Below, piece after piece: positions 13,169 through 25,205 of a stretch of 64,000 nucleotides of DNA. Under the pieces are notes generated by a model. The model saw nothing but the letters and a program-made list of their open reading frames with translations. It was not told the DNA's origin and ran no database searches. Numbering within the stretch: the stretch's first letter is position 1; each line of letters opens with the position of its first letter. Origin of the DNA: Podarcis muralis (Eukaryota); the NCBI RefSeq assembly GCF_964188315.1, contig NC_135656.1:8556001-8620000 (forward strand), written 5' to 3'. Made by a program: the position numbers and the translations under genes.

Positions 13169-14443
13169 TTTTTAAGCTCTTCCTAATTTACATCTTACTT
13201 CATTGGGAGAAAGGTTTGAGGATGGTTGGTTCTTTGCTTTTGCGTTTTGAGGTTGTTAAGCTTCTATAAATTGCCCTGTTGCCAAAGCCATACTATTATT
13301 CCCATACTGTATATTGCAAGTGTTAACAGCTCGAACTTCAAATGGCAGGTTGGAGACAAGGCCAAGTTTGGCTTGGATTACAAAATTCCTTGGAGGCTTC
13401 AATAATCTCTCAACTAAATGTCATTTGGAAATTTCCTGAAGCAAGCTCCTTAACCTTAATTTGGTTTCTTGGAGTCAGTCTGGTTAATAGCTCACCAGAT
13501 CAGGATGTTATACTTACCGTATACAAGCCCCTCCAAATACTGTACTAAGATTCCCAATTCCAGAATTCTATATTGTGGTTAAACTGTCCTCAAAGCAAAT
13601 AAGCATTCAGTTGTGTATTAAAATAAAAAGGGAAACGACACATTTCAAATAGCGGTATACCTTTAAAAATGTTACATCTTCTACCTGGTCAATCTTTTGA
13701 CAAAAGTTGATGTTTTGAAAAAATGGGCTCTTCAATAAAGCAATTAGTTACAAAGCTCTCAAAACCAGGAGCTACACTGAAGAACTGTAGTCTACAGACT
13801 GTAAGCTCTAAAATAAAAACAGAAAATTCTCAAACTCTTGTGAAGGTGTAGCTACAGATGCTGTTCCTTATTAGTTGTTCTTTTCAGTCTACAACTGCAG
13901 GTTCTCGGGAGTTGTGTCAATGAATTATCAGACTCCTTTTCAGATTATTTGGAAGAAATCTTTCAATGTTTGTTTCACTTCATATATATAGTAGGTTCAT
14001 TTTAATTGTTCAAAAATCTTAGACAAACTTTGTTTTGTTTTCAAATTCAGACTTTTACAGTATTAAACCACTCCTTAGAACTTTTAAGGTTCAAAGCACA
14101 AACTACTGATTTTGACAAATATCTGTGAGAGAAGCTATTGTTGTTTTTAACGTAACTGTAATAAGAACAGCTTGCAGAGAGGAGGCCGGTAATAATTTAA
14201 TATAAAGATAGCAGTTTCACATTTGTGTTTTTCATTCCCCCGTCCCCCTGCGAGGCACCTGTTTTGGAAAGTTGAACTTAGCAGTTTTGGGGAGAGGAGT
14301 GCAAGTAGCTAGCCATGCCTAGGGCAGAAAATAGCCTGGCACCAGCACAAGGCCAACAAACACAAAAAGGATAAACATCAATGGGGTACACGCCAGCTGG
14401 GTAACCCTAGCTTCTACTGAGAGCTCCTCACCCAAGCCGAGAA

Positions 14444-15411
14444 GGGTGCCACAGGGTTCTGTCTTGGGCCCGGTCTTATTCAACATCTTTATCAACGACT
14501 TGGATGATGGACTCAAGGGCATCCTGATCAAATTTGCAGATGACACCAAACTGGGAGGGGTGGCTAACACCCCAGAGGACAGGATCACACTTCAAAACGA
14601 CCTTGACAGATTAGAGAACTGGGCCAAAACAAACAAGATGAACTTTAACAGGGAGAAATGTAAAGTATTGTACTTGGGCAAAAAAAATGAGAGGCACAAA
14701 TACAAGATGGGTGACACCTGGTTTGAGAGCAGTACATGTGAAAAGGATCTAGGAGTCTTGGTTGACCACAAACTTGACATGAGCCAACAGTGTGTCGCGG
14801 CAGCTAAAAAAGCCAATGCAATTCTGGGCTGCATCAATAGGAGTATAGCATCTAGATCAAGGGAAGTAATAGTGCCACTGTATTCTGCTCTGGTCAGACC
14901 TCACCTGGAGTACTGTGTCCAGTTCTGGGCACCACAGTTCAAGAAGGACACTGACAAACTGGAACGTGTCCAGAGGAGGGCAACCAAAATGGTCAAAGGC
15001 CTGGAAACGATGCCTTATGAGGAACGGCTAAGGGAGTTGGGCATGTTTAGCCTGGAGAAGAGGAGGTTAAGGGGTGATATGATAGCCATGTTCAAAAATA
15101 TAAAAGGATGTCATATAGAGGAGGGAGAAAGGTTGTTTTCTGCTGCTCCAGAGAAGCGGACACGGAGCAATGGATCCAAACTACAAGAAAGAAGATTCCA
15201 CCTAAACATTAGGAAGAACTTCCTGACAGTAAGAGCTGTTCGACAGTGGAATTTGCTGCCAAGGAGTGTGGTGGAGTCTCCTTCTTTGGAGGTCTTTAAG
15301 CAGAGACTTGACAACCATATGTCAGGAGTGCTCTGATGGTGTTTCCTGCTTGGCAGGGGGTTGGACTCGATGGCCCTTGTGGTCTCTTCCAACTCTATGA
15401 TTCTATGATTC
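14444..15411 (+). mobile_element. 5'-truncated CR1 LINE; ORF2 reverse-transcriptase C-terminal part open at 14446-15336
   Basis: PQGSVLGP...FINDLD, KFADDTKLGG, PHLEYCVQFW; 3' (ATTCTATG)n tail; empty paralogous site at about 22721-22730. Confidence 0.95.
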
Positions 15412-15910
15412 CTGTGCTCTTCTGTGCAATGCTAAGTGCAAGATGTTGGCCTTTGTGACCTTGAGGCACATGCCAGAGGCACTGACGACAGAGAAGTAGC
15501 TGGTGAGTAGTTGCTTGACCGAGGGGGAGAGGACAGCAGAACAGGGGGCTCCTTCAGCTCCTCCCAAACACACTCCCACCATCCAATTATACGTTCACGT
15601 TCTAGAGATTGCATCTGCAGGTTCAGGTGACTCAAATCTATGTACAGTATTGACACGCACAGGGGACAGAAAATAGTTTAAAGATTCTGCCCCGCAACTA
15701 GTCGGGCTGAGCAATATATCGACCATATCGCCACTTTGGTTTCATAATATTTGACCTGCCAATAGATTGCGAATCATGAAGTGTGTGAGTGTGTGTTGTA
15801 CAAAAATCACAACGTGGGGAAAACTGTGAAGCCAGCCAATGCCTCTACATAGCTCCATCCTTATTTCAGATATTGCCATATATCAATATATTCCAATATT
15901 TAGCAGTTTG

Positions 15911-16017
15911 TTACTCCCTGTTGCAGGGAGTAACATGTATGATGGTATCTTTGGGGCTTTCCTCCATCTCCCCTTCGCAGGATTCCTCTGGAATGCCAAA
16001 ATCTCCTGCATGGCTTT
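15911..16017 (-). pseudogene. Claudin-34-like 3' fragment 1 (about the last 35 codons)
   Basis: Homologous to the tails of copies A-D (..IPEESCEGEMEE..); stop TAA at 15911-15913. Confidence 0.75.
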
Positions 16018-17292
16018 TTAAAAAATTACCCAAATACTTAAAATAACAACACCACATGCCTCCTCAGTGGATTTCAGAACAAATATGTCTCTCTCTTTTT
16101 AAATTACTCAAACACTGCAATGCAAGGAGTTGCAGTGACAATGCAGTGAGATTCTACTCAGAGTAAGCCTATTGGAATGAATGGGTTTGAATAAGTTGTG
16201 TCCTTTAGTTTTTGCTTTTTATCTGGATAATACCTAATTAGGGATAGGGATTGGTTTGCTTTCTTTCTGTTCTGGTTTTTATTAAGTATTGATTCCACAA
16301 ATTGCACATCAGGATTCATTACATAGTAAGTCCCCCCCCCCCCCCCCGTTCTATTATCAGCTTTCCATCCCATTTCCTAAGATGTTTTTTTTCTTTTCCA
16401 ACCTTAGCTGCAACTTATCTTCCCTCTTTTATATCGTAACTCTAATGCTCTATTAGAATTAAAAGAGGGGGAAACCCAGCCGGATGGGCGGGGTCTAACT
16501 AAATTATTATTATTATTGTCGTTTTATTTTTGTGTGTGTGTTTTTATCTTGTATAAAAGATTAAAACACACAAAAAAACAGAGTTGAAGCAAGAAGGCAT
16601 CTTCAAATATTAAATAAATGCAAGCAGTGAATTGCCAGGACTTGGAAGCCCCCTCCTAGTGATGAATTCACTCTTTCCACCCACCCACCCTTTCAAAAAT
16701 GTGCATGGAATGAATGAGCTGGCATTCAATTCTATTCTTTTAAAAGCATATTTTCTTTTATTATTGGGTCCATTCTGACAAATATTGGGTCCATTCTCTC
16801 ACTTCTGACCCTTCTTGATCCCCTCATTCCTGGGGGTTAGACTAGATGACCCATGGGGTCCCTTCCAACTCTTCCTTTCTACAATTCTCTCGCCTACAAT
16901 TCCGACACCCGCTTCAGGTGAACCTGCACAAACAACGCTGACACCAAACCCTACGTATAGTAAGGTAAAATAGAAAAATCGCCACCCGACCCCACCCCCA
17001 CCCATCTTCCCCCCCCCTCCACCTCTTTCCCCTTTTCTTCCTAATGTCTCAACAAATGAAAATGATTTGTAAAAATGTTACATGGGGGAAAATACATGAA
17101 AGAGAGACATTGCACACTTTTGTAAATCAACAAAATCTTTAATAAATAAATAAATACTATTCATAAAAAAGAGGCCTCCTCACCTGAAGGACATCAAAGC
17201 CCATCTGAAGTCCCAAAACAAAACTATCAGATCCTGATCCACGCAGATCCATGCGTGTATGGAGCGATCTGTGTGGATCTGCATCTGATAGT

Positions 17293-18288
17293 TTACGACT
17301 CCCTGTTGTAGGGAATCACATATATAATTGTATGTTTGGGGACATCAGGTGGGCTTTGATGTCCTTCAGGTGAGCTTTGGGGTGTATGGCTTTCCTCCAT
17401 CTCCTCTTCGCAGGATTCCTCTGGAATGACAAAATCTTCCGCATGGCTTTCCTCCATCTCATCTGTGGATTTCTCTTCAATTACGAGATCCAGCAGAGAA
17501 CCACACTTTCCACAAGTAGTTAGACTCTCGCTTTTTGCTGCGCTTCTTGGGGTAATCACCCTTACGGTCGCTATTTGACATTTATCTGTTGCGGTGGTCT
17601 TGACGCAAAATCTCTCAATCCCAACCAATGCTGCACTCAGCAGCTGGAAACCTGCAGCGATATAGCCTAGATAAATAGAAGGTCCAATATGCTGCTCGCT
17701 GGGAATTTGAGGCAATTCAAAAGCTTCAGGGAAGTCAATTTCCCCATTATGTAAGACGGCAGACATGTTCCATACCACGGAAATCAGGACGAGTATCCCT
17801 GCAACTAAGTTCAGGAAAGCTGCAAGCCTAAAAAAGGTTAACACAAAATTCTTATGTTTTCTGGGCTCGAACACATTGTACAAGGCAAATGAAATCAATC
17901 CCAGGGCCGTTGAATTCATAATGGACGCTAATGCCATTAAGTCCTGTGCAATAAAAATTTCCCTTGGGAGGCTTGGATGTTGCTCATTGAGATCTTCGCA
18001 ATGCCAAAAAGAGTTGCCGTCGTTAGAAGGGTCTTTCCAAAAGCAGACCTGCCAGATTCCAACCCAGATGTTTCCAGAGCCGATTCCCTTGATGTTTTCC
18101 ACACGCCACACTCGCCAGTTGACAACGGCTGTTGAGGCAATGCACATAATCCAGGCCGCAATATCTATCAGGAATGCACACAACTGGAGACCGGACACTA
18201 ATCTCAGCCACCTGACCACCAGGGAGCCTTCTTTCACCTGCATGGGGGGTTTGGAGAGCAGGGGACCAGGGGAGACCTTGGCAGACAT
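17293..18288 (-). CDS. CLDN34: Claudin-34-like gene, copy A (331 aa, single coding exon)
   Basis: Four hydrophobic helices and claudin ECL1 signature W..G[I/L]W-x2-C..C. Motifs WRVW, LPxEIxxAQ and LNxxAG...FPxxFxLP..P..QxIG match my recollection of CLDN34. ATG follows acceptor tttccag|G. Orthology is not tested. Confidence 0.88.
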   Translation of the reverse strand: MSAKVSPGPLLSKPPMQVKEGSLVVRWLRLVSGLQLCAFLIDIAAWIMCIASTAVVNWRVWRVENIKGIGSGNIWVGIWQVCFWKDPSNDGNSFWHCEDLNEQHPSLPREIFIAQDLMALASIMNSTALGLISFALYNVFEPRKHKNFVLTFFRLAAFLNLVAGILVLISVVWNMSAVLHNGEIDFPEAFELPQIPSEQHIGPSIYLGYIAAGFQLLSAALVGIERFCVKTTATDKCQIATVRVITPRSAAKSESLTTCGKCGSLLDLVIEEKSTDEMEESHAEDFVIPEESCEEEMEESHTPQSSPEGHQSPPDVPKHTIIYVIPYNRES

Positions 18289-18467
18289 CCTGGAAACAAA
18301 AGAGAAGACAAGATGCAGTGAGAGAGGGAATAACAAGCATGTCTAGTCATTGAAGGACATCCTCCCTCCTGCATTCTTCCTTCTATGCACAGAAAGAAGC
18401 AGCAAAAGAAAAAGTTCCTGCTCTCTCCCACCCCCTGGTTAGGTAGAGACATCTGATCCACACATAC

Positions 18468-18514
18468 TTTCTTCCAGCAAACTGCCACTGATTTAATATA
18501 CTCTTGCACTGTTC
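18468..18514 (-). other. Putative 47-nt non-coding 5'UTR exon of copy A, with equivalents in B, C and D
   Basis: ttttcacag|GAACAGTG...GGAAGAAA|gtatgt; a further donor CAC|gtaagt at 18665/18664 is conserved in all four copies. Confidence 0.5.
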
Positions 18515-18903
18515 CTGTGAAAATGGCCAGAACCTCAGCAACCTGTTGTGGATGGGAGCTGCTCATGATTCGCTGTTCTGCTATCTGCTGCTGAAGCTAT
18601 CCTTTTCCACCGAGCATAAACACAGCTGATGGCATAGTGAGGAATGTTTAATCCATAAACTTACGTGAAATGCCTTCCTCAGCTAGAGTCTAGCGTGCCA
18701 GGTATAGAGCAGGTATTTGCTAGGTGTTCCTGAGCCTCAAGAAGACTGAGCTGTTGGCCACTGAGCTGACGTTCGCCTGAGCAGCCAGCCAGCCACAGCA
18801 GCAACTGCCCTGCAGAATTCTTAGGTCAGTTACAGTTACAGTTAGAATCCTGACAACACCACAAATCATAACTCCAAGGTACTGGTCATTTGGAACATCA
18901 GGA

Positions 18904-19483
18904 TGTAGCCTTATGAGGCTTTGCCCTCGGGTGGGAAAAATATTGCGCCTGGGAAAGGGAAGTGGGAGTCAACAGACACTCAAGGAATAGTTTCGGAGAA
19001 AAAGGTTTATTTCTACCATCCATGAACTGGTAGAAGGAGCAAGTGTGATAGTCCACAAAAGCATGCACGAGTTCACAATCATGTGCACAAGCATATATAC
19101 CCCTTCCAGATGCCTCCCCCTTCTTCCAGAGTCCTGCCCCTGTTGAGGTTCCTCTGAGCATGAACAGAAAGCTGTCTTGGAACTATTGTGGACTCTTGGC
19201 AGGAAAGGGGGTGAGGGGGTTTTCAGAGTGTTCCCGTTGTTTCATTCTTGTGCTTGGCATGGTTCCCGGAGAGAAAGCAAGTTGCAATGTGGTTCTGAGA
19301 AAGGCCTGAGAAGACAATGGGCTCTGTTCTCTACCTTGTTGCAATCTTTTTAGTTACAGCAAGCGGAATGTTTCTGATGCTTAGCTACTGAGAAAATGAT
19401 TTTGAAAAGCTTTGAGAAGCTTTGAGCCTGTTTGGGGGGTGACTTCGGGCCTAGGTGAGGTCACCTGTCCTCACCTTCCTTCA
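18904..19483 (-). mobile_element. Solo LTR (580 bp) upstream of copy A
   Basis: TG...CA termini and 4-bp TSD AGGA (18900-18903 and 19484-19487). Single AGGA at the empty sites in B, C and D. Minus-strand TATATA at 19094-19099 and AATAAA at 19006-19011. Confidence 0.85.
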
Positions 19484-20303
19484 AGGAAAGTGGAAAATGG
19501 GAGGGAACTCAGTTCCCTTCTTTCCCAATGCAGAGTGTCTATTCCAGGACACTGTGCAGTTGAAACACGTTCTTCCTGAAGTCAGATTCAGAGCAGTTCC
19601 AGCAGTAAAAATGGTGATGTGTGTATCTCAGTACAGATTTGTTTGATGGGTCTGAATGCATTTCATAAAGGATCTCCATGTACAAGAAAGGCCAATAGCA
19701 TGAGCCATAAGAATTTCCTTGGCAAAATTATTGAAGACTCCTTACAAACCTATCCTTCTTCTTCCCCATCCCATCTTGTTTGGACATTATAGTAAAGGAG
19801 AAGATCTTAGCTCTTTTCCTTTGCACTGGGACCACATGGAATTTGTGCCATGGGACCCCATCCCTCACACCAATACAGGCAATACCATTTTCAGAACCTA
19901 GGTGTCCATGATTTAAAAGACACTTCCGTCAAAATATTTGTGTTGCTTTCTTTCTGTTCCTTTCTGTGTCGATGCTCCGAATGTGAGCTGCTCAGCTGCA
20001 TGCAGTGTCCACTGAAGTGTGTGTGTGATTAACATTTGGCCAAGCAATGGGCCTAAATCCATCTATTTCACCTGAAATAACTTTGGGAGCCAGCCTTTAA
20101 AAATCTAAAGGAGATAACAAATTCAGAGGAATTAAAAGCTGTCATCTTTTTGACTATTTTAAACATCTTAGAACATACACAAATGTTAATGTTTGAAGGA
20201 AGGCAGCAAATGGAGCATTGGAGCCATCCATTCATTTCAGGAGTTGTGACCATTGATAAGATGAAGCACTTTCATATCGCACGGCAGTGTGCAGTGCTTT
20301 TAA

Positions 20304-20590
20304 AAAGGTAAATGTAAAGGACCCCTGACAGTTCAGTCCAGTCACGGCTCTGGGGTTGTGCCACTCATTGGCTTTACTGGCCGAGGGAGCTGACATTGGT
20401 CTGCAGACAGTTTTTCCGGGTCATGTGGCCAGCAAGACTAAGCCACTTCTGGAAAAACCAGAGCAGCGCACAGAAACGCCGTTTACCGTCCCTCCAGAGC
20501 GGTACCTATTTATCTACTTGCACTTTGACATGGTTTGGAACTGCTAGGTTGGCAGGAGCTGGGACCGAGCAATGGGAGCTCACTCCATCA
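20304..20590 (-). mobile_element. 5'-truncated Sauria SINE; paralog of 28230-28480
   Basis: SINE body and tail, with flanks shared with the B arm. Confidence 0.85.
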
Positions 20591-21610
20591 AAGACGCAAG
20601 TCCAGTTCTGTATCTGCATGACATCCTCCACACCCAAATGCTCTCCCGTTCTGTTTCCCCCACTTAATCCGGATACACCATCTCCATTGAAAACTCTGCT
20701 CAGTGACACCCATCCAATAGAAAAGTGGTGACCGTCTTCATGCAGATACACTTCCGTGCAGGGGTTTGGCCGACAAGTTCTTCCCGAGTGTGGGGGTGTT
20801 TTCAGGGGCTCTTTGCTTTTCCCTGTCTCCCCTTTCATCCTCACCTGAGGAGATCTTGGCCATTCTCTTGACAGGGACCTCCGTTCTCAGGCCGGATTTC
20901 TGTTTTCCTTCATTCCTCCTTCTCCCCACCTGGTTCACTGAGCAAATAAGAGAGAGGAGGTTTCATGCAAGTCAAGGTGTGCAATGGATCTTCAGGGCAT
21001 TTGGGAGGAAGAAAAGGTTCAGGAACAAGCGACGCAGCCGCCCCCCAAGCGTAAAAACACATTTGGACACATCGCTCATGAGACACACACCCCCCCCCCC
21101 CCCGCGGATATAAATGCAGAACATCCCGTGCTCCTATTAATATAAATAGTGGGGTATTTCATATGATAAGAACAGAGGAAGCTGCCTTAGACGGAGCCAG
21201 ACCAATTTTGGGAAAGTGCTACATGGGCCAGTCCACCAATTGGCTACCAGTGAGAACATAGCAAAACACAAAATGGCTGCCATATGGTGTGGTATGAAAT
21301 AAATTTGCCTGGCTGTGGGGCGTGAAGGCCGCACCCTGCTAGACCCTTTCCACGTGGCCTAGGCCCACATTCGCTAGCCCCACAAAAGAGGCTCCTCATG
21401 AGGCCAGAGGAACGTGGCCTGGCTGTGGGGCATGATTCGAAACATCCAGTCCCAGTCCAGTGCTCTAACCACTAAACCACACTGCCCCCCATTGCAGTCT
21501 ATAACAGCCTGGAGGGCCACAGATGCCCCATATTCTCTGGCTCTGAGATTTCAAAAAGAAAAATGCCCATGACAAAATGTGACATTTTTGGTTCTTTGGA
21601 GACAGTTCTG

Positions 21611-21611
<1 letters not shown>

Positions 21612-21662
<51 letters not shown>
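21612..21662. repeat. (TC)n/(GA)n microsatellite in the duplicated upstream module; also at 27143-27181 and 37522-37571. An unrelated one is at 5778-5815.
   Basis: Direct observation. Confidence 0.95.
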
Positions 21663-21669
<7 letters not shown>

Positions 21670-23018
21670 AGGAGCCTCATCCCTTTTCCCACCCAACTTC
21701 CTCCTGCACACCCCCCCCCCCTAGCTTCAAGATTTCCATGAAGAACTAACTAACTAACCAACCCATGATTGGAATTTACAAGATTAAGGAGATAATTTAT
21801 TTTTATATAAGGAAAATAGATGGGAGGATAAATTAATTGCACAAGAAACAAAGATTATGATTTGGGTTCTTAAAATAACACCAACACATGCCTGCCCAGT
21901 GGATTTCAGAACAAATATGCCTCCGAGAACTACCATTCACAGAGTTCCCTGGGAAGTTGTGGGCATCTCTTTTGAGAGGCAATGGAGTGCGCCTCTGGGG
22001 GGTGAAATCAAAGGTTTTCAGCAGGCGCTAGAAGGAAAAACGAAGGAGACGCCTGCAAGAAGCCAAGTTACGGGGAACCAGGCAGAGGCCTTCTCGGTGG
22101 TGGCGCCTTCTTCATGGTGATCCACTACTGCTTTAAGGGAGGTCTTGGAATAAGTAGATTTCTTGCTGATCCAAAACACACACACCCCACACTCACACAT
22201 GGAAACAAAGACCACCACAGCCAACTACAAATGAATAACCACACCCTAGGCCAACCCCAACCTCTCTCACCACCAAAGGAACACAAGCGAACAGCAAAGA
22301 ACTTGCACAAACAACGCTGACACCAAACCCTACATATAGGAAGTAAAATAGAAAAATCACCATCCGACACCCCCCATCTCCCCCCCACCTCTTTCCCCTT
22401 TTCTTCCTAATGTCTCAACAAATGAAAATGATTTGTAAAAAATTTACATGGGGGGGGGGGAACATGAGAGAGAGACATTGCACATGGGGGGGGGGAACAT
22501 GAGAGAGAGACATTGCATTGTAAATCAACAAAATTTTTAATAAATAAATAAATAAATACTAGTTTTTGGGAGAGTGGTGCAAGTAGCTAGCCATGCCTAG
22601 GGCACAAAATAGCCTGGCACCAGCACAAGGCCAACAAACACAAAAAGGATAAACATCAATGGGGTACACGCCAGCTGGGTAACCCTAGCTTCCACTGAGA
22701 GCTCCTCACCCAAGCCGAGAAGGGCTCCTGTGCTCTTCTGTGCAATGCTAAGTGCAAGATGTTGGCCTTTGTGACCTTGAGGCACATGCCAGAGGCACTG
22801 ACGACAGAGAAGTAGCTGGTGAGTAGTTGCTTGACCGAGGGGGAGAGGACAGCAGAACAGGGGGCTCCTTCAGCTCCTCCCAAACACACTCCCACCATCC
22901 AATTATACATTCACGTTCCAGAGATTGCACAATGTGGGAAAAACTGTGAAGCCAGCCAATGCCTCTACATAGCTCCATCCTTATTTCAGATATTGCCATA
23001 TATCAATATATTCCAATA

Positions 23019-23858
23019 CAGTGGTGCCTCGCAAGACGAAATTAATTCGTTCCGCAAGTTTTTTCTTCTTGCGAGTTTTTCATCTTGCGAAGCACGGTTT
23101 CCCATAGGAATGCATTGAAAATCAATCAATGCGTTCCTATGGAAACCGACTTCAGACTAGGTCTGGGGACAGTCTGTCCCCCGACCTCTTCTGAAGGCTG
23201 GGGGGGGGGACAAGGGCTTTTCTTCCCACCCCCAGCATTTTAAAAAACCCTGGGACAGCGGAGGACTTCTCCGCTGTCCGGGGCGAACTTAAAATGCTGG
23301 CGGGCGGCAGCGAAGCCTCCGCTGCCGCCCGCCAGCATTTTAAAAAATCCCGGGACAGCGGAGGACTTCTCCGCTGTCCGGGGCAATCTTAAAATGCTGG
23401 CGGGCGGCAGCGAAGCCTCCGCTGCCGCCCGCCAGCATTTTAAAAAACCCCGGGACAGCGGAGGACTTCTCGATTTAAAAGCCCCCGGGAAGGCAGGCAG
23501 GGGAGAGCAAAGACTTTTGCCCCCCGCCGGCCTTCAGAAGAGGTCCTTCAGAAGAGGGAGCGAAAGTCTTTGCTCCCCCCCCCGCCTGCCTTCAAAAGCC
23601 GTCCGGGATAGCGGAGAAACGAAGGCTGGCGGCGGGAGGAGGTCTCTCCGCCCCGCCGCCAGCCTTCAGAGGAGGTCCGAGGACAGTGGGGAAGACGCGC
23701 TGCGCTTCCCCGCTGTCCCGGAGATTTCCCTATGGGCTTTCGTCTTGCGAAGGAAGCCCATAGGGGAATTCGTTTTGCGAAGCGCCTCCAAAACGGAAAA
23801 CCCTTTCGTCTAGCGGGTTTTCCGTCTTGCGAGGCGTTCGTCTTGCGGGGCACCACTG
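23019..23858. mobile_element. Tigger-like non-autonomous DNA transposon (840 bp) with internal 100-bp GC-rich hairpin repeats
   Basis: TIR CAGTGGTGCCTCGCAAGACG / CGTCTTGCGGGGCACCACTG, TA TSD; the empty site ttccaaTAtttagc lies at about 15891-15905. Confidence 0.9.
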
Positions 23859-23872
23859 TATTTAGCAGTTTG

Positions 23873-24154
23873 CTACTCCCTGTTGCAGGGAGTAACCTGT
23901 ATGATGGTATGTTTGGGGTTTTCCTCCATCTCCACTTCGCAGGATTCCTCTGGAATGATAAAATCTTCCGCATGGCTTTCCTCCATCTCAAGTGCGGAGG
24001 ATTTCTCTTCAATTACCAGATCCAGCAGAGAACCACACTTTCCACAAGGAGTTAGACTCTCGCTTTTTACCGCGCTTCTTGGGGTGATCAGCCTTACAGT
24101 TGCTATTTGACATTTATCTGTTGCGGTGGTCTTGGCGCAAAATCTCTCCGTCCC
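23873..24154 (-). pseudogene. Claudin-34-like 3' fragment 2 (ERFCAKTTATDKCQ...PCGKCGSLLDLV...NPKHTIIQVTPCNRE*)
   Basis: Open 3' frame homologous to the copy A tail; the 5' part with the TM domains is replaced by unrelated duplicated sequence. Confidence 0.85.
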
Positions 24155-25205
24155 TACAGAACCTAGAGAAAATTTATCTCCGAAGGTGTTACGGAATTAC
24201 GGGGGGGGGGGGGGACATCTTTAAAGTTGTTAAATGTTACAAATATTAAGCCTGGACGTATCCTTTCGACTTGACAACTCAGGGAAGATACCAAGCTTTA
24301 TGAATCCTATAAAATCAACCCCTTTGACAAGTTCCTCCATTCCAGCACCATTTTGCCCTTGGAAAAAAGACTCTTTCCCCTTCCAACTCCCCAAGCTTGA
24401 AGACATGGGTACACACCTCCTGCCCCAGGAAATGCCCAGAGGTGACAATTGCTGGGCTCCTGGTTCTCCAAATCTCATCCCCAGACTTGCCTCCGGCTCC
24501 AGAGATGCCAAGGAAGTTCTGTTGTACTTTGGGTGGTGGGTACTTAAGACATGTTTGCCTATGATGCTAAGCTTATACTGTACTTGGGTGTTGCCCTGAC
24601 ATAGCTGTCTAGGCTACTATTGTGTAACCCTCCCCTTTTGTGACATGTTAGTGATGTATCAATGATGTATTGATGATGCTGTGCAAACTGTATTCTGATA
24701 TATGGTGGGAAAGTTTTCAAAGTCAATGTGGCCCCATGCTCTGGGTTCACTGGCTTCTGTTGAACCTGTTGCGCAACAATAAAGGCTCTGAGTCTACTGA
24801 CTGCTGTTTTGCTCCAAATTGCTTGCTTGCTGGAATTTCCTTCTTTTACTGACCACATGGACCTGCGGGGGGGGGGGGGGACCTGTACCCCGAGGAGCTG
24901 GGCTGTTGAGTAGTCTCTCAACCCGGATTTTTCCTTAACAGTGTGGAACCTCTAATGGAGCAATCTCCCCACTCCCCCCCAAAATATTGTTCCTTAGACT
25001 GTCCCTGTGGCCGGATTTTTGGTTTTGTAAGAAAAGCACATTTCACATCAAATTTAGCTGCGGATTAAGCTGGGGTAAGGGAGGGGCCACTCTTTCTCTC
25101 CTAAACCTCTCCTGTCCACCACCACCCTTTTCTGGGCACAATTATTTTAGACAGCCCACCCCTGTTTCCTCCCTATGCAGAGTTAAGGCCCAATAAACTG
25201 CTATT

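Noticed and set aside
16060-16100. Hammerhead ribozyme cores (CTGAnGA...GAAA) here and in the LINE tails
   Set aside because: By eye no CTGAnGA was followed by a stem II and GAAA; a covariance-model scan would be needed to exclude them fully.
18289-18336. N-terminal MLFPLSLHLVFSFVSR in all four claudin ORFs
   Set aside because: It translates a polypyrimidine tract and AG acceptor; the next ATG is the more plausible start.
17765-18346. 193-aa antisense ORF repeated at 46115-46696 and 58436-59017
   Set aside because: It is the shadow frame of the claudin CDS. Recurrence follows from duplication, it is broken in copy B, and it has no recognisable domain.
24160-24960. ERV LTR plus primer-binding site in the thrice-duplicated block
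   Set aside because: AATAAA and a partial tRNA-Gln-like match exist, but no consistent termini or TSD could be defined.
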